From assembly GCA_052327205.1 (NCBI GenBank), contig CM126209.1, positions 195,486,001-195,550,000 of the forward strand: a stretch of 64,000 nucleotides of DNA. The letters run 5' to 3'. Shown one piece after another: positions 37,653 to 48,220 of this stretch; the first letter of the stretch is position 1, and every line of letters starts with the position of its first letter. The position numbers and the translations under genes were made by a program. This stretch comes from Somniosus microcephalus (Eukaryota). The notes under the pieces were generated by a model. That model was not told the DNA's origin, did not search any database, and saw only the letters and a list, made by a program, of their open reading frames with translations.

Positions 37653-37886
37653 GGAGCACAACTTCTTTGGGATTTTTGCAGAGTTGCACTCTGAGAGCCA
37701 TATCACTAGTGACCCAGTGCTGCCAGAGGACCTTCAGCCTTCAGACCATCACCCTGCTGCTGGTGAGCCTTTACACCCTGTATAATTTCTTGTTACCTAT
37801 TATTATGGGGACTGCTTTGGAGGGGAACGTCCTGCTGCTCGACCATCTGGAAAGGGCACAAGAGACGGAGGGAGAGGGGGTCAGGA

Positions 37887-38913
37887 ATGGCCAGACGGAG
37901 GAGGGCCAACAGACGTCGCCACACCAGACCTTACGCTGCCAGGGTATTCAGGCAGCAGTTCTCTTACCTCAACATGTCGGAGGAGCAGTGTCTTAGGAGG
38001 CTGCGATTCAGAAAGGAGGTGGTGACTGAGCTGTGCCACCTGCTTCAGGCAGATCTTCAGCCGCAGATAAGGTGCAGGACCTCTCTGTCGGTGGCTGTCA
38101 AGATTACAGTAGCACTGAATTTCTATGCGACCGGCTCCTTCTCGGCAGCAACTGGGGACATTGCCAACATCTCCCAGTTTGCGGTGCATAGCTGCATCCA
38201 GTAAGTAACAGATGCCCTGTTTAAAAGGCGGCGGCAGTACATCTCCTTTACTGTGACACCGGAGAAGCAGCGGGAGCGCACACAGGGCTTTGCGGCAATA
38301 GCGGACTTCCCCATGGTGCAGGGCGCCATTGACTGCACGCACGTGGCTTTGCGGGCGCCTGTTTTGAATCCTGAAGACTTCTGCAACCACAAGGGGTTCC
38401 ACTCCTTGAATGTGCAGCTGGTCTGTGACCACTGGCAGCTGATCCTCGCGGTCAATGCTCAGTTCCCAGGCAGCAGCCACGACGCATTCAACCTGCGCCA
38501 GACTTCAGTAGCAGACCTTTTCGAGGCCCCGGCTCACCCAGAAGGCTGGCTTCTCGGTGACGATGGCTATCCTCTGCTCATGGCTGATGACCCCGCTCCG
38601 TTCGCCCAGCACCCCTGCAGAAGAGCACTACAACGTCAGCCATCAGGCGACGAGGAACATTGTGGAGCACACAATCGGCGTGCTGAAGCAGCGGTTCCGT
38701 TATTTGGACCATTCGGGAGGCGCCTTGCTGTACTCACCAGAGCGAGTCTCCCACTTCGTCGTTGTCTGCTGCATGCTCCATAACCTCGCCACCCTGCGCA
38801 CCCAGCCAATGCCAGCAGACATTGAAGGACCAGCGGAGGAGGAGGACCAAGACGGGAGGGTCCCAGAAACTGGAAGGGCCGTCCGTCAGAGGCTGATAAG
38901 GAATCGGTTCTAG
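37887..38913 (+). pseudogene. Harbinger (HARBI1-like, DDE_Tnp_4) transposase, disrupted
   Basis: Motifs ALNFYATGSF, GAIDCTH, NHKGFHSLNVQLVCD, FPGSSHD, LLGDDGY, RNIVEHTIGVLKQRFRYL, CCMLHN; premature TAA at 38202-38204 and frameshift near 38571-38576; an upstream out-of-frame ATG at 37805 may be the original start. Confidence 0.92.
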
Positions 38914-39025
38914 GCCCCTCTGACGAAATGCTTGGTGCCAATCGAAGACCAGGAATGGAACCATTCGGATAACCCAAAGCCTATGAAGGCCAGTATGAAT
39001 GTAAATAGCAGACATGGCCGATGTC

Positions 39026-39045
39026 AATAAAATAATTTCTTTATT
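39026..39045. terminator. Back-to-back polyadenylation signals of the convergent Harbinger genes
   Basis: AATAAA 39026-39031 (+) and TTTATT 39040-39045 (AATAAA on -) between the two stop codons. Confidence 0.55.
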
Positions 39046-39267
39046 TTGAAAACTGTGCTTCCTTCCAACATGACAAAGCAATGGCACCAGAAAGCTTAAC
39101 TAACAAACTAACACAAGTGTTTCACACACCCAGGAGACTATCCAAAACATTACTAACATTCAGACCAAGTGGCTCGCACACCCGGGAGACTATCCAAAAC
39201 ATTACTAACATTCAGACCAGCATCCACGGCCTTGATTTCTAGAAATAAGACGTCTCAGCAGCACCTT

Positions 39268-41059
39268 CTACTCTTTCCCCTTTGATGGTGATCTACTTCT
39301 CTTGCGAGAACGGCCCCTTCCCTCCCTGCAGCTCCTCCGTAATGGGACCCCAGTGGCTGCATGAAGGCTGGGGGACGCCTGCTGACTGTCCGAAAGCGCA
39401 GATGCCTCTGAGGGATGGCCTGGACGGACTCTGGGCTTGGAGGGCCCGGATGCTGACTGCTCCAACTGGGCATGGGTGGAAGCAGTCTGTCCTGCAGGTG
39501 ATGGCAGCTGCAGTGGAGACGTGCCAGCGTTGGCATCAGGAATGCTGACATCCTGAGAGCGGACACCTGCTCCGTGGTCGGCCGACACACTGGCACTCTG
39601 GTTCGCATGCTGCAGTGCTGCCCCGTCAATCGGCTGGTCCACAGATTGCTGGCCTGCTGTGGTGCTGCAAGGGCCCCGGGTAATCCTGCCTGATCCATCA
39701 AGGGTGGCAGCAGTCAGTGCTTGCGTGGCCTCAATCTGCCTCTGCATGAGGCCAGCGAGTGACTGCGTGGCAGCACTCAGCACTTGCATGGCAGGTGCCA
39801 GTGCTTCGGTGAAGCCCTGGACACTCCTTTCCTGTGCTGCCCCGAAGTCTTGTACACTCCTCGCCTGTGCTGCCCCGAAGTCTTGCACACTCCTTGCCAG
39901 TGTCTCGATGGATTCAGGCATCCTTGCCACTGCAGCCATCAGCTCAGTGTACCTGAGCCGAGCCTGGGCGCTCATTTCTGCGAGGGAACGCACCTCTTCA
40001 GCGCTCTGTGCAGCAGTCATCGTGGCCTGACTCGCCCTCCGGGGAGACGGCTCCCGAGCTTCCCTACCCCCCTTGCGTTGCTGGAGCCCACTGGTTCCTC
40101 CTCAGAGCCATCCCCCCCGCTCCCCTCCAGGGAAGCACTATTCCCAGTTTGCAGATGGGCTGGCTCGCCTGAGGGTGGTACGGACGGTCCGGCTTCCTCC
40201 TGCTCGTCGCCTCTGGAGTCAGTGTCCCTGGCAGCTTGATGGCCCGGCTCCCGAGCTGGTGATGCAGCATCTGAAAGCAGGGAGGTTGAAGAGTGGCTTT
40301 AGTGAAAGGACAGGGTGGCAGCAAGGGATGCAAGAGTGCTGCAATGCTCTGACATGGGTCCAGAGTGAAAAAGCATGCTGGTGGGGGGAACAAGTGGAAG
40401 GAGGCAGTTCAAAAAGGTGATGACCTTGCCATCGCTGTGCACAATGGGGTTGGCAGCTCCAGTGGTGACAGGACCACTCATCCGGCCTCCAACAATCTGG
40501 TGGACTCTTTCCTCCAGGTCCGTCAGTATCTGCAGCTGAGGAGGGCCTCCTCCGGTATGATTCTGTTCCCTCCGGTTCCTGGCCAGCTTGGCCTGCAGGA
40601 GAAAGGACGGGAAGTGATTAAACATGCTGCCCTGAGTTGTCATCTCATGCCCCCCATGGTGGAACAGCCCTTACAGTATGCCCTGAGTTGAATGTGCGTG
40701 TGTGTTCCCAGAAAGGGGCATGGGTGCTGGCTGACAGATGGCCATTGGGGCATCGCACACCCTCTGGCCATAAAGTCAGGTGCAGATGGAGGGATGAAGA
40801 AGATTGCCAAAAAGCCACTCACCCTAATGACCGGAGTGAGATCGTTGAACTTCTTCCTGCATTGCACAGGAGTCCTGGGCGCCACGCTGCTGGATTTGAC
40901 TATTTGCGAAACTTCCCTCCAAGCTCTGCGGTACTCGTCCTGATGAGGCCTCCTGCCATTGTCAGGGTACAGCACTGCTCGCCGGCGCTCCACTGCGCCA
41001 ACCAAAGCATCCAATGCCCCATCGGTAAAACGCTCCGCTCTCTGCCTCACCCTCTCCAT
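39268..41059 (-). pseudogene. Harbinger Myb/SANT-like (trihelix, NAIF1/MSANTD-type) DNA-binding protein gene; exons about 41059-40823, 40592-40430 and 40270-39268
   Basis: RAERFTDGALDALVGAV...AWREVS...RTPVQCRKKFNDL, then NHTGGGPP...LTDLEERV, then a coiled-coil and basic C-terminus; intron 1 is GT-AG, intron 2 begins GCAAG; one frameshift needed near 40080-40095. Confidence 0.85.
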
Positions 41060-42000
41060 CTGGTCAAAGTTTGTAATGCCACAGAATGAACAGCGCTGAT
41101 TTTGAGGCCTACAGGGCGATGAGTGTGGCTGCTGATCCTAAATGACCTGCCCCTTTAAGAGCTGGCCGGCGCCAGCATGTCTCGTGGTCATCGATTATTG
41201 ACAGCACCTGCGCTGCGCCCGGCCGCCCAGATATTGAGTAGCGCCGCCAGGTTAGCGCCTTAGGAGTCCCGTGCAGCGCCTGATTTTACGCTGCAATCAC
41301 CTTTAGGGGCGATGCAACCCAATATCGCTCGAGGTGGCGATAAGTTGCGCCTGGCGATAGATTTTGCGCACCGCCAATTCTAGCGCCCCAAGCGGGGCTG
41401 TACCCAATTTCACCCCCTTTATGTATTTCTATGTATCCAAGTACCGCTCGCTTATCACCCATAAACTTGCTGACCTACATTGGCTTTCAGTCCCCCCAAT
41501 TAAAATTATTCTGCTGTTTAAATCCCTCGGACTTGCTGCCCCCTATCTCTGTAACTTTCTTCCTCTTCTCCTTTAAGCCGCTCCTTAAAATGCATTAATT
41601 TGACAGTCACCCCTCCAAATATCTCTTCCTTTGGCTCGATATCTGTTGTATTGATTATGTTCTATGTTAAAGGTATGTAAGTTGTAGTAAGTCTTGTTCA
41701 ATAATTTTGACATACAGCTGGAACAGACCCAGACTGAGTTATTATGTCATGGTATAGTGAAGCTTAGTTAACAGTTGTGCTGTCCCTATAAAGAATAATA
41801 CTTTTATATTAGAACATTTATTTTTCCTAATATAAATCATTTATGCTTTATGTAATATCCTGTGTGGATTAGTGAACTTTAGAGTTTTCTTTCACCAAAG
41901 TTACTCTCTTCACTTTCCAACCACTGTACATTTCTACATTGTCCCACTCGCCTGTCCTAAACAAAATGTTTTTAAAGCTGATTACAATTTGTTGTTTTAG

Positions 42001-42117
42001 GAACTGCTTAAGAAATGTCACCAGTGCATGGAAACAATAGTTAAAGCAAAGGACCAGCAAGCTGCTGAAGCTAACAAGAATGCAAGCATTCTGCTCAAGG
42101 AGCTGGACTTGGAGAAG
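42001..42117 (+). CDS. ANKHD1: ANKHD1 exon (ELLKKCHQCMETIVKAKDQQAAEANKNASILLKELDLEK)
   Basis: ttttag acceptor and AAG|gtggg donor; 117 nt. Confidence 0.95.
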
Positions 42118-42348
42118 GTGGGAGTTCATTCTGAATGATCATTGAAAGATATCTAAAAATTACCACATTGTGCTGTTTTTGAGCCCATTTTTTGGATTGG
42201 TCTTTGTCATTCTTTCAATGTAGCTGCATCTTTCAATGTAGCTTCATCTTCCACATATAAAGTGCAATGTCTTTTGCCCTTTCTCTGAACAGATGTGCTT
42301 GCATCGTTACTTTTTAATGTAATATTTGACTTCATTTGTATTGGTATA

Positions 42349-42682
42349 CAGGAAACTTTGTTATATCCGGCACCGACGGGACCGAGCTGTTGCCGATCTA
42401 TCAAAACTGCCGGACTACAAAGTTAATGTTGAAGCATACGGAGATTTTCATCTCCGTATCTGACAACAAACACTGTTGCTTAGCAACAGCTTCAAACAGT
42501 CGGCCTGTACCTTGGAAGCGCCTCTGTAGCTTAGCAACAGCTTCAGAGAGACTTTCCAAAGCCTGACTGTTGGGGGAAGAAAAGCCACGAGAAGAAAAAC
42601 AACCTAACAGAACGGCTCCTGATTTCTGCCGGTAGATCGAGGTTTCCAGACATACAACCTCCGGATAAACCAGAGTCTCCTG
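42349..42682. mobile_element. Tc1/mariner-superfamily (pogo/Tigger-like) MITE, copy 3
   Basis: Same TIRs and TA TSD; 334 bp; colinear with copies 1 and 2. Confidence 0.88.
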
Positions 42683-43423
42683 TAGTATCTTTGGCTTTCT
42701 CCCATTAAAGGATTGAGGTGCAGGTCCAAATTGATGCCTTGTATCTAATGCGGGGATAATTATTGGCTTGCAGGGCTACTGCAAAAATTAAATCTTCCAG
42801 TAACCTTGCCGTTTTTGATGGTTGCTTGTTCATTTGTATATATGGGAAGAGGCGAACTGTTCAAAGAATAAGAATGGCCATATGGAAATGTATATACATG
42901 ATGAAGTGTAAGGTATGGGGAGATGAGGCAGAGAAATAGATAAAGCCATGGTTTTCCATTTTTTCTTAAAGGAAGGATTTGGTGAAAGTTGTTCTGATAT
43001 GGGGATAATTCATGAAAGGACTTGGTCATAAATAAATAAATATTGATAGATTTTGGGTTTTTTAAATGTTAAAACTTTGGACTACTTTTAGATCTACCAA
43101 AATTGTCAACATAGTTTTAACTGAGAAACTTCGGCCTAGGTTTTCTGATTCTAGTGTCAATGATAATCCATTTAAAGTGAATAGGTTACCATCTGCATTA
43201 CAATTAGAAAACCTAGGCTATTGTTTTCTCTCCTACTTTCTTTCACACCTTGTTATAGATGTTAGTTTTATAATTGTAACTTGAAACCTTCGTTTTAAAA
43301 TGGGCATCCTGAAGTAATAGCATTCTGATTTTGCTGCACTTAGATTTAAAACAAATGGTAATGAAAGCATGCATGTTTTATTCTTCATGATTGATGCATA
43401 AATTAATTCTGTCTTTATTGTAG

Positions 43424-43589
43424 TCGAGGGAAGAAAGCCGAAAACTAGCTCTTGCAGCAAAAAGGGAAAAAAGAAAGGAAAAAAGAAAGAAGAAGAAAGA
43501 AGAACAGAAGCGGAAGCAGGAGGAGGAAGAAGCCAGAGTTAAGGAGAATTCAGAAAAGCAACAAACTCCAGAAAAAGATAGGTTTGAAG
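43424..43589 (+). CDS. ANKHD1: ANKHD1 exon with basic NLS-like region (SREESRKLALAAKREKRKEKRKKKKEEQKRK...), ends at a GC donor
   Basis: ttgtag acceptor; the donor that keeps frame with the next exon is AAG|gcaagt; 166 nt. Confidence 0.9.
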
Positions 43590-43687
43590 GCAAGTCATTT
43601 GATTTTAATTTTGTATACTGTAAACGTGGTCATTCTTTGATTTTTCTTTAAAGCAATTGAACAAACATGTTTTCTGTTCTTCCACAG

Positions 43688-44138
43688 ATGAAGAAGTTGT
43701 GCCTATAGAACCTCCCAGTGCAACTACCACTACCACTATTGGTATTTCTGCAACTTCAGCCACCTTTACTAGTGCTTACGGGAAAAAGAGAGCCAATGTT
43801 GTAACCACACCAAGTACTAACAGGAAAAACAAGAAAAACAAAACTAAAGATTCCTCTCCAAGTGTTCAAATAATTCTAGAAGATCAGCATATGTCTATAG
43901 CCCAACAGAAGGCAGATAAAAATAAAATAAATGGGGAACCGAGAGGCGGTGGTGCAGGAGGGAACAGTGATTCTGATAACGTTGACAGTACAGACTGCAA
44001 TAGTGAGTGCAGTAGTGGTGGTAAAAGCCAAGAGCTCAACGTAATTGCTGACTTCCACAACTTTAGTGACCAGAAATTATACCCTCCAAGAAATGAAAAG
44101 TCTAATACTTCCATCTCAGAGACTCAGAATCATACAAG
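43688..44138 (+). CDS. ANKHD1: ANKHD1 exon (DEEVVPIEPPSATTTTTIGISATS...QNHTR)
   Basis: ORF 43657-44142; ttccacag acceptor and AG|gtaag donor; 451 nt. Confidence 0.94.
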
Positions 44139-44238
44139 GTAAGATTAACATCGTGTGCTGACATTGGTTGTTTTTTAGTAATAATTTTATGTTTCTATTG
44201 GCATTTTCTCCTATTTATGATGTGTGCTTATCTTATAG

Positions 44239-44394
44239 ACTGCATGAGGGTACCAATGAAACAAATTCCAGCTCGCTATCTACAACTCACAAATCAACTT
44301 CACTGCCGTTGTCCTCCCCAAATGGCAAGATGAATTTAACCAGTCCAAAGCGAGGTCAAAAGAGGGAAGATGGCTGGAAAGAAGTTGTACGAAG
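44239..44394 (+). CDS. ANKHD1: ANKHD1 exon (LHEG...SPKRGQKREDGWKEVVRR)
   Basis: cttatag acceptor and AG|gtaac donor; 156 nt. Confidence 0.94.
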
Positions 44395-46798
44395 GTAACT
44401 AAAGAAATTTTATGAATTAGTGTTCTATATTTCAGTATACTTGTATCGTTCTAATAAAAAAAGAAAATTCATGCTCCCCACTTCCTCTCTCTTTTTATAA
44501 AAATAAAAAAAAAAAAACCCAAAATGAACCAAAATCTACTTAGTTCTTCCTACGTATATGTGCAAGTTTTTGGTGACAGAATTTGAGGTACTTTTTTGAC
44601 CATGAAACCAAAGTAAAATTTTCTCCGATTATGTGAACAGATGCGACATGTAACCCAGTTTTTTTGAAATCTTTGTGTGTGCGACTCTCTGCCCTAATTT
44701 CCCAAAGGAAAACAGTGCTATAATGGCATAAACTGTTTTCTTGTATAGCAACAGAAACAGTGTGCTAGGAAGTTAACAAAAACAGAAAAATAAATTAATG
44801 TGAAATTCTCAAGCCATGGGAAAAGGGTTGGTGTACCAGTAATCTGTTGGCCTGCCTTATGGATACAGTATGCTTGGCCCCAGATGGATAGAAATTTGAT
44901 TTTGTGGGCCACTTTTTGCAAAACTGACCTACGTTGATGCACTTGGTTTATTGCCAAGTAATTCTTCCTGCCTTGCTGCTACTTTTTTGTCATCTGCATC
45001 TTCATCTATAAGATTCTGTAGTCCGAATGGGAGTTTTAATGACTGATGGGAAGGGTTGGAATCTGTCTGGAAATTATTTCTTCCTCCATAATTCTCAATG
45101 GCTAAGCAACCTCACTGCTTACATTGAGCTGGGAGAGAGATTATTGTTTTTGAAGGCATTAGGGCATCATCCCAACCCTCCCACAACCTGAGAATGAACA
45201 AGAAATAGCTCTGTTTGGGAGGGCAGCCATATATTGGGCCCAAATTTTAAAGTACAAGTACTTCTTTAATTTGAGTACTTAGTCCGCTTGACCTTAATAA
45301 TGCTCCACACAAGGTGGTATACTATATACTGAACAAGGAAGGATTTCTGTCAAGATCTCCAGGAATGTATTTTTCTTTTAATATACTAGTGGCCCTTTTA
45401 ATGGAATATATATTTAAATGCTTAAATATAAAAAGGGAATATTGTTGCAATGATGTAAAGCTATCTGAAAGGCCAGCAATAAGAATTTCCATTGTTCTTT
45501 GAGATGATAAATTTCATGCAGGTTTACAAAAGTCAGTCTGTAAAGTCTTGATGTATGCTATGCTGTGGAAAAATCTAGCTGTAACATTGCACATGGTGGG
45601 TGCCATTGCTGCTCCATCTGGTGGTCTACAATGATTTTATGGATGTTTAGTTCAACAAATATTTAAATCAAAATTGCAACACTTTGTTTTTAATTTTTCC
45701 CTTTGGACACTAACTTCCCTATTCATCGAATGTATAGGTAAAAAGATTCTGGTGAGGTTGGGGAGTGGGGTGGCTATTGTTTCCAAAGTTATGACCATAA
45801 GTCTTGTTTACTTTTTGCAAAAACGTTGTGTTGAATTTTTGATATCCATAACACCAGGGAAAATGCGGTGCTGTTGCAAGGAGCTTCCAACGAGGCATTC
45901 ACACAGTTAAAATGCAATTTGCAGAAATGCCCTCCCCCAATGCAAGATGGCTCAACCTTAAAATACTGATTTGCTTGAAAAAATCAGTATGTTGCCAAAT
46001 TAATCAATGTTGTATATAAATGGGGCTGAAATTTACTACTAACAAAATAATCTGACTTGGTTTACACTTGGGATTTTTTAGAAAATGCTACACAAATACA
46101 CAAGCGAAGAGAAGAGCTTTTAACATATATTGGAATGCATGCTAATCGGATAAATAGTTTTGTCTGCTACGTAATAGATTTATAACATATATTCAAATGG
46201 ACTTTGCTTTCATTATGATGGTTAATCCAAAGATCAGCTGCTGCCTTGAGCTGAAATTGAAAGATTGATTAACTAGAAACCAGAGCATGCTGTGGATGTT
46301 TGTTTCACCTTCACTCATAGCATGAGAAACTGCCCTACCAATGGCTTACTAAAGCAATTGCAATGTCTTGAGTCACACACGCCAGTACGGTCCAGCTTCA
46401 CTCCTTGGTTGTTGTTTGTTAGCTGATCTCGGGCTTGGCATCATTAAAAGTGCCACAAATTGGCCTCAGCTTTCTGGACTTGGGGTTAAAACCGGTGAGG
46501 GTTTCCACTCTGATTATTATCTAGTGGCCCGCCTGGAAAATATTTGTGTGGATATTGTGTAAGACATAATGTAGCTATGATGTCTTCCATATTTGAATAA
46601 TTTGCTGATACTCTTGATTCAGGTTTACATGTGAAGAATGTTTGCTTGGGATATGTTACCAAATGGCTGCAGGTGCCTTTGGCACCATATCCCAGCATGT
46701 CTTTGGGGGTGGGGGGTGGATTTGTGTGTGGAAAATGCAAAATTGAAATAATATATATTGAGAATTTTATGATTTTTATATAGAGTTGCTTTAACCAG

Positions 46799-46948
46799 GT
46801 CAAAGAAATTGTCCGTGCCAGCGTCGGTTGTATCACGGATAATGGGAAGAGGGGGATGCAATATAACTGCCATCCAAGATGTTACTGGTGCACACATTGA
46901 TGTTGACAAGCAAAAAGACAAGAATGGAGAAAGAATGATCACAATAAG
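46799..46948 (+). CDS. ANKHD1: ANKHD1 KH-domain exon (SKKLSVPASVVSRIMGRGGCNITAIQDVTGAHIDVDKQKDKNGERMITIR)
   Basis: ccag acceptor and AG|gtaac donor; 150 nt; KH GxxG loop (GRGG); sequence is ANKHD1-type rather than ANKRD17-type. Confidence 0.96.
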
Positions 46949-47174
46949 GTAACTGGACCTTTAATTAAAAAGGGCAAATCATTCAGTTTGTCCCAGTTGT
47001 GAGGCTTTTTGCTTGAGAGGCTAACTGTAGCCTTCCAACTGGAAGAGATCTGCATGGGTGCAACTGATCCTACATTGAGTGGATCAGCAATATTCCTTGT
47101 TCTGGTTGCTGATCTGAGTGCTTCATGCTCATTGTCAAGTGGGACTCTTAAAACATGTCAGATAAAGAAGCAGG

Positions 47175-47565
47175 TCATCAGTAGTGTAGTTTTTATGGTA
47201 CTGAATTAGCAACCCAGATGCCATGATTTCAAATCCTACCATGGCAAGTTGTGAAACTATATTCAATAAACCTGATAATTTGTGCACTGGCACCAGAAAA
47301 GGTGATTGTAAAAGCTGCGATATTGTTGTAAAAACCTAAATAGCATCTTTCAGGGAATGGAACCTAACCTGCTCTTGCTAACTGCTTTGGTCCACATGTG
47401 ACCACTGTCCCTTGCTATATGGTTGACTCTTAATGCGCTCTGAATGGTCCAGCAAGCCATTCAGTTGTAAAAACTATCATTATCCCACTTCCACCTTCTC
47501 AAGGCAACTAGGGATGTGGAATAAATACAGCCTTGCCAGTGTTCTCTAAATCCTGAGAACAAATG
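47175..47565 (+). mobile_element. Degenerate tRNA-derived SINE of a second family
   Basis: B-box-like TTCAAATCC near 47228 and a typical shark SINE body and tail; recognised from memory. Confidence 0.45.
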
Positions 47566-47974
47566 CAAAAAATCTTTATGTAAAAGTAATGAAGCTGACT
47601 TCAAAATAGACTGAATTAAATACTTATTCCCCTCAGAGTTTTGAGTACTTTTTGTTTTGCAGTAAAAATCAGAAGCATAGCTTTCAAATTTGTTCCTGCA
47701 TAGACACTTGTAGTGTCAATTCTTTCAAGTGTCTCTCCCTTTTCTTAGTGGGGTTTGTCTCTTCTCTGAGCCCACTCACAAATGGTATTTTAAGTTTGAT
47801 CTCCAAATTGTCTTTATTTTATCAATGTTGTAGCTACCAAGCCATCGTTTACAATGGTTGTGCATTTTTCAATTTTGTTTAGGAACTATTATTTTCTTTA
47901 CTCGCATGGTATCAAATCTGAACACAATGGCCTGAAATATATATCTTGCACAGGAAAGTATTACAAAGTATTTA

Positions 47975-48220
47975 CAGCAGAGAAGCAGGCCATTCAGCCC
48001 AACAGGTCCATGCCAGTATTTATGCGCCACACGAGCCTCCTCCCACCCCTCTTCATCTAATCCCATCAACATATCCTTTTATTCGTTTCTCCCTCGTGCT
48101 TATCTATCTTCCCCTTGAATGCATCTATGCTATCCCCCTCAACTACTCCTTGTGGTAACAAGTTCCACATTCTAACCACTCTCAGTAAAGAAGTTTCTCC
48201 TGAATTCCCTATTGGATTTA
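47975..48220 (-). mobile_element. CR1 3' UTR fragment (a similar shorter piece lies at about 26930-27050)
   Basis: AGGCCATTCAGCCCAA...CCCCTTGAATGCATC...TTCCACATTCTAACCACTCT is the reverse complement of a CR1 3' end. Confidence 0.7.

Larger units (their letters stand above)
37300..41417 (+). mobile_element. Full-length two-gene PIF/Harbinger DNA transposon (defective copy) in an ANKHD1 intron
   Basis: Ends GGGGGAGAAATTCGGT and ACCCAATTTCACCCCC form a 16-bp TIR with 2 mismatches; TTT flanks both sides; subtermini are CpG-rich; transposase and Myb/SANT genes are convergent. Confidence 0.93.

Noticed and set aside
37887-41059. Domesticated HARBI1/NAIF1 host genes nested in ANKHD1
   Set aside because: Both ORFs are disrupted and lie between TIRs with a TSD, so this is a transposon copy
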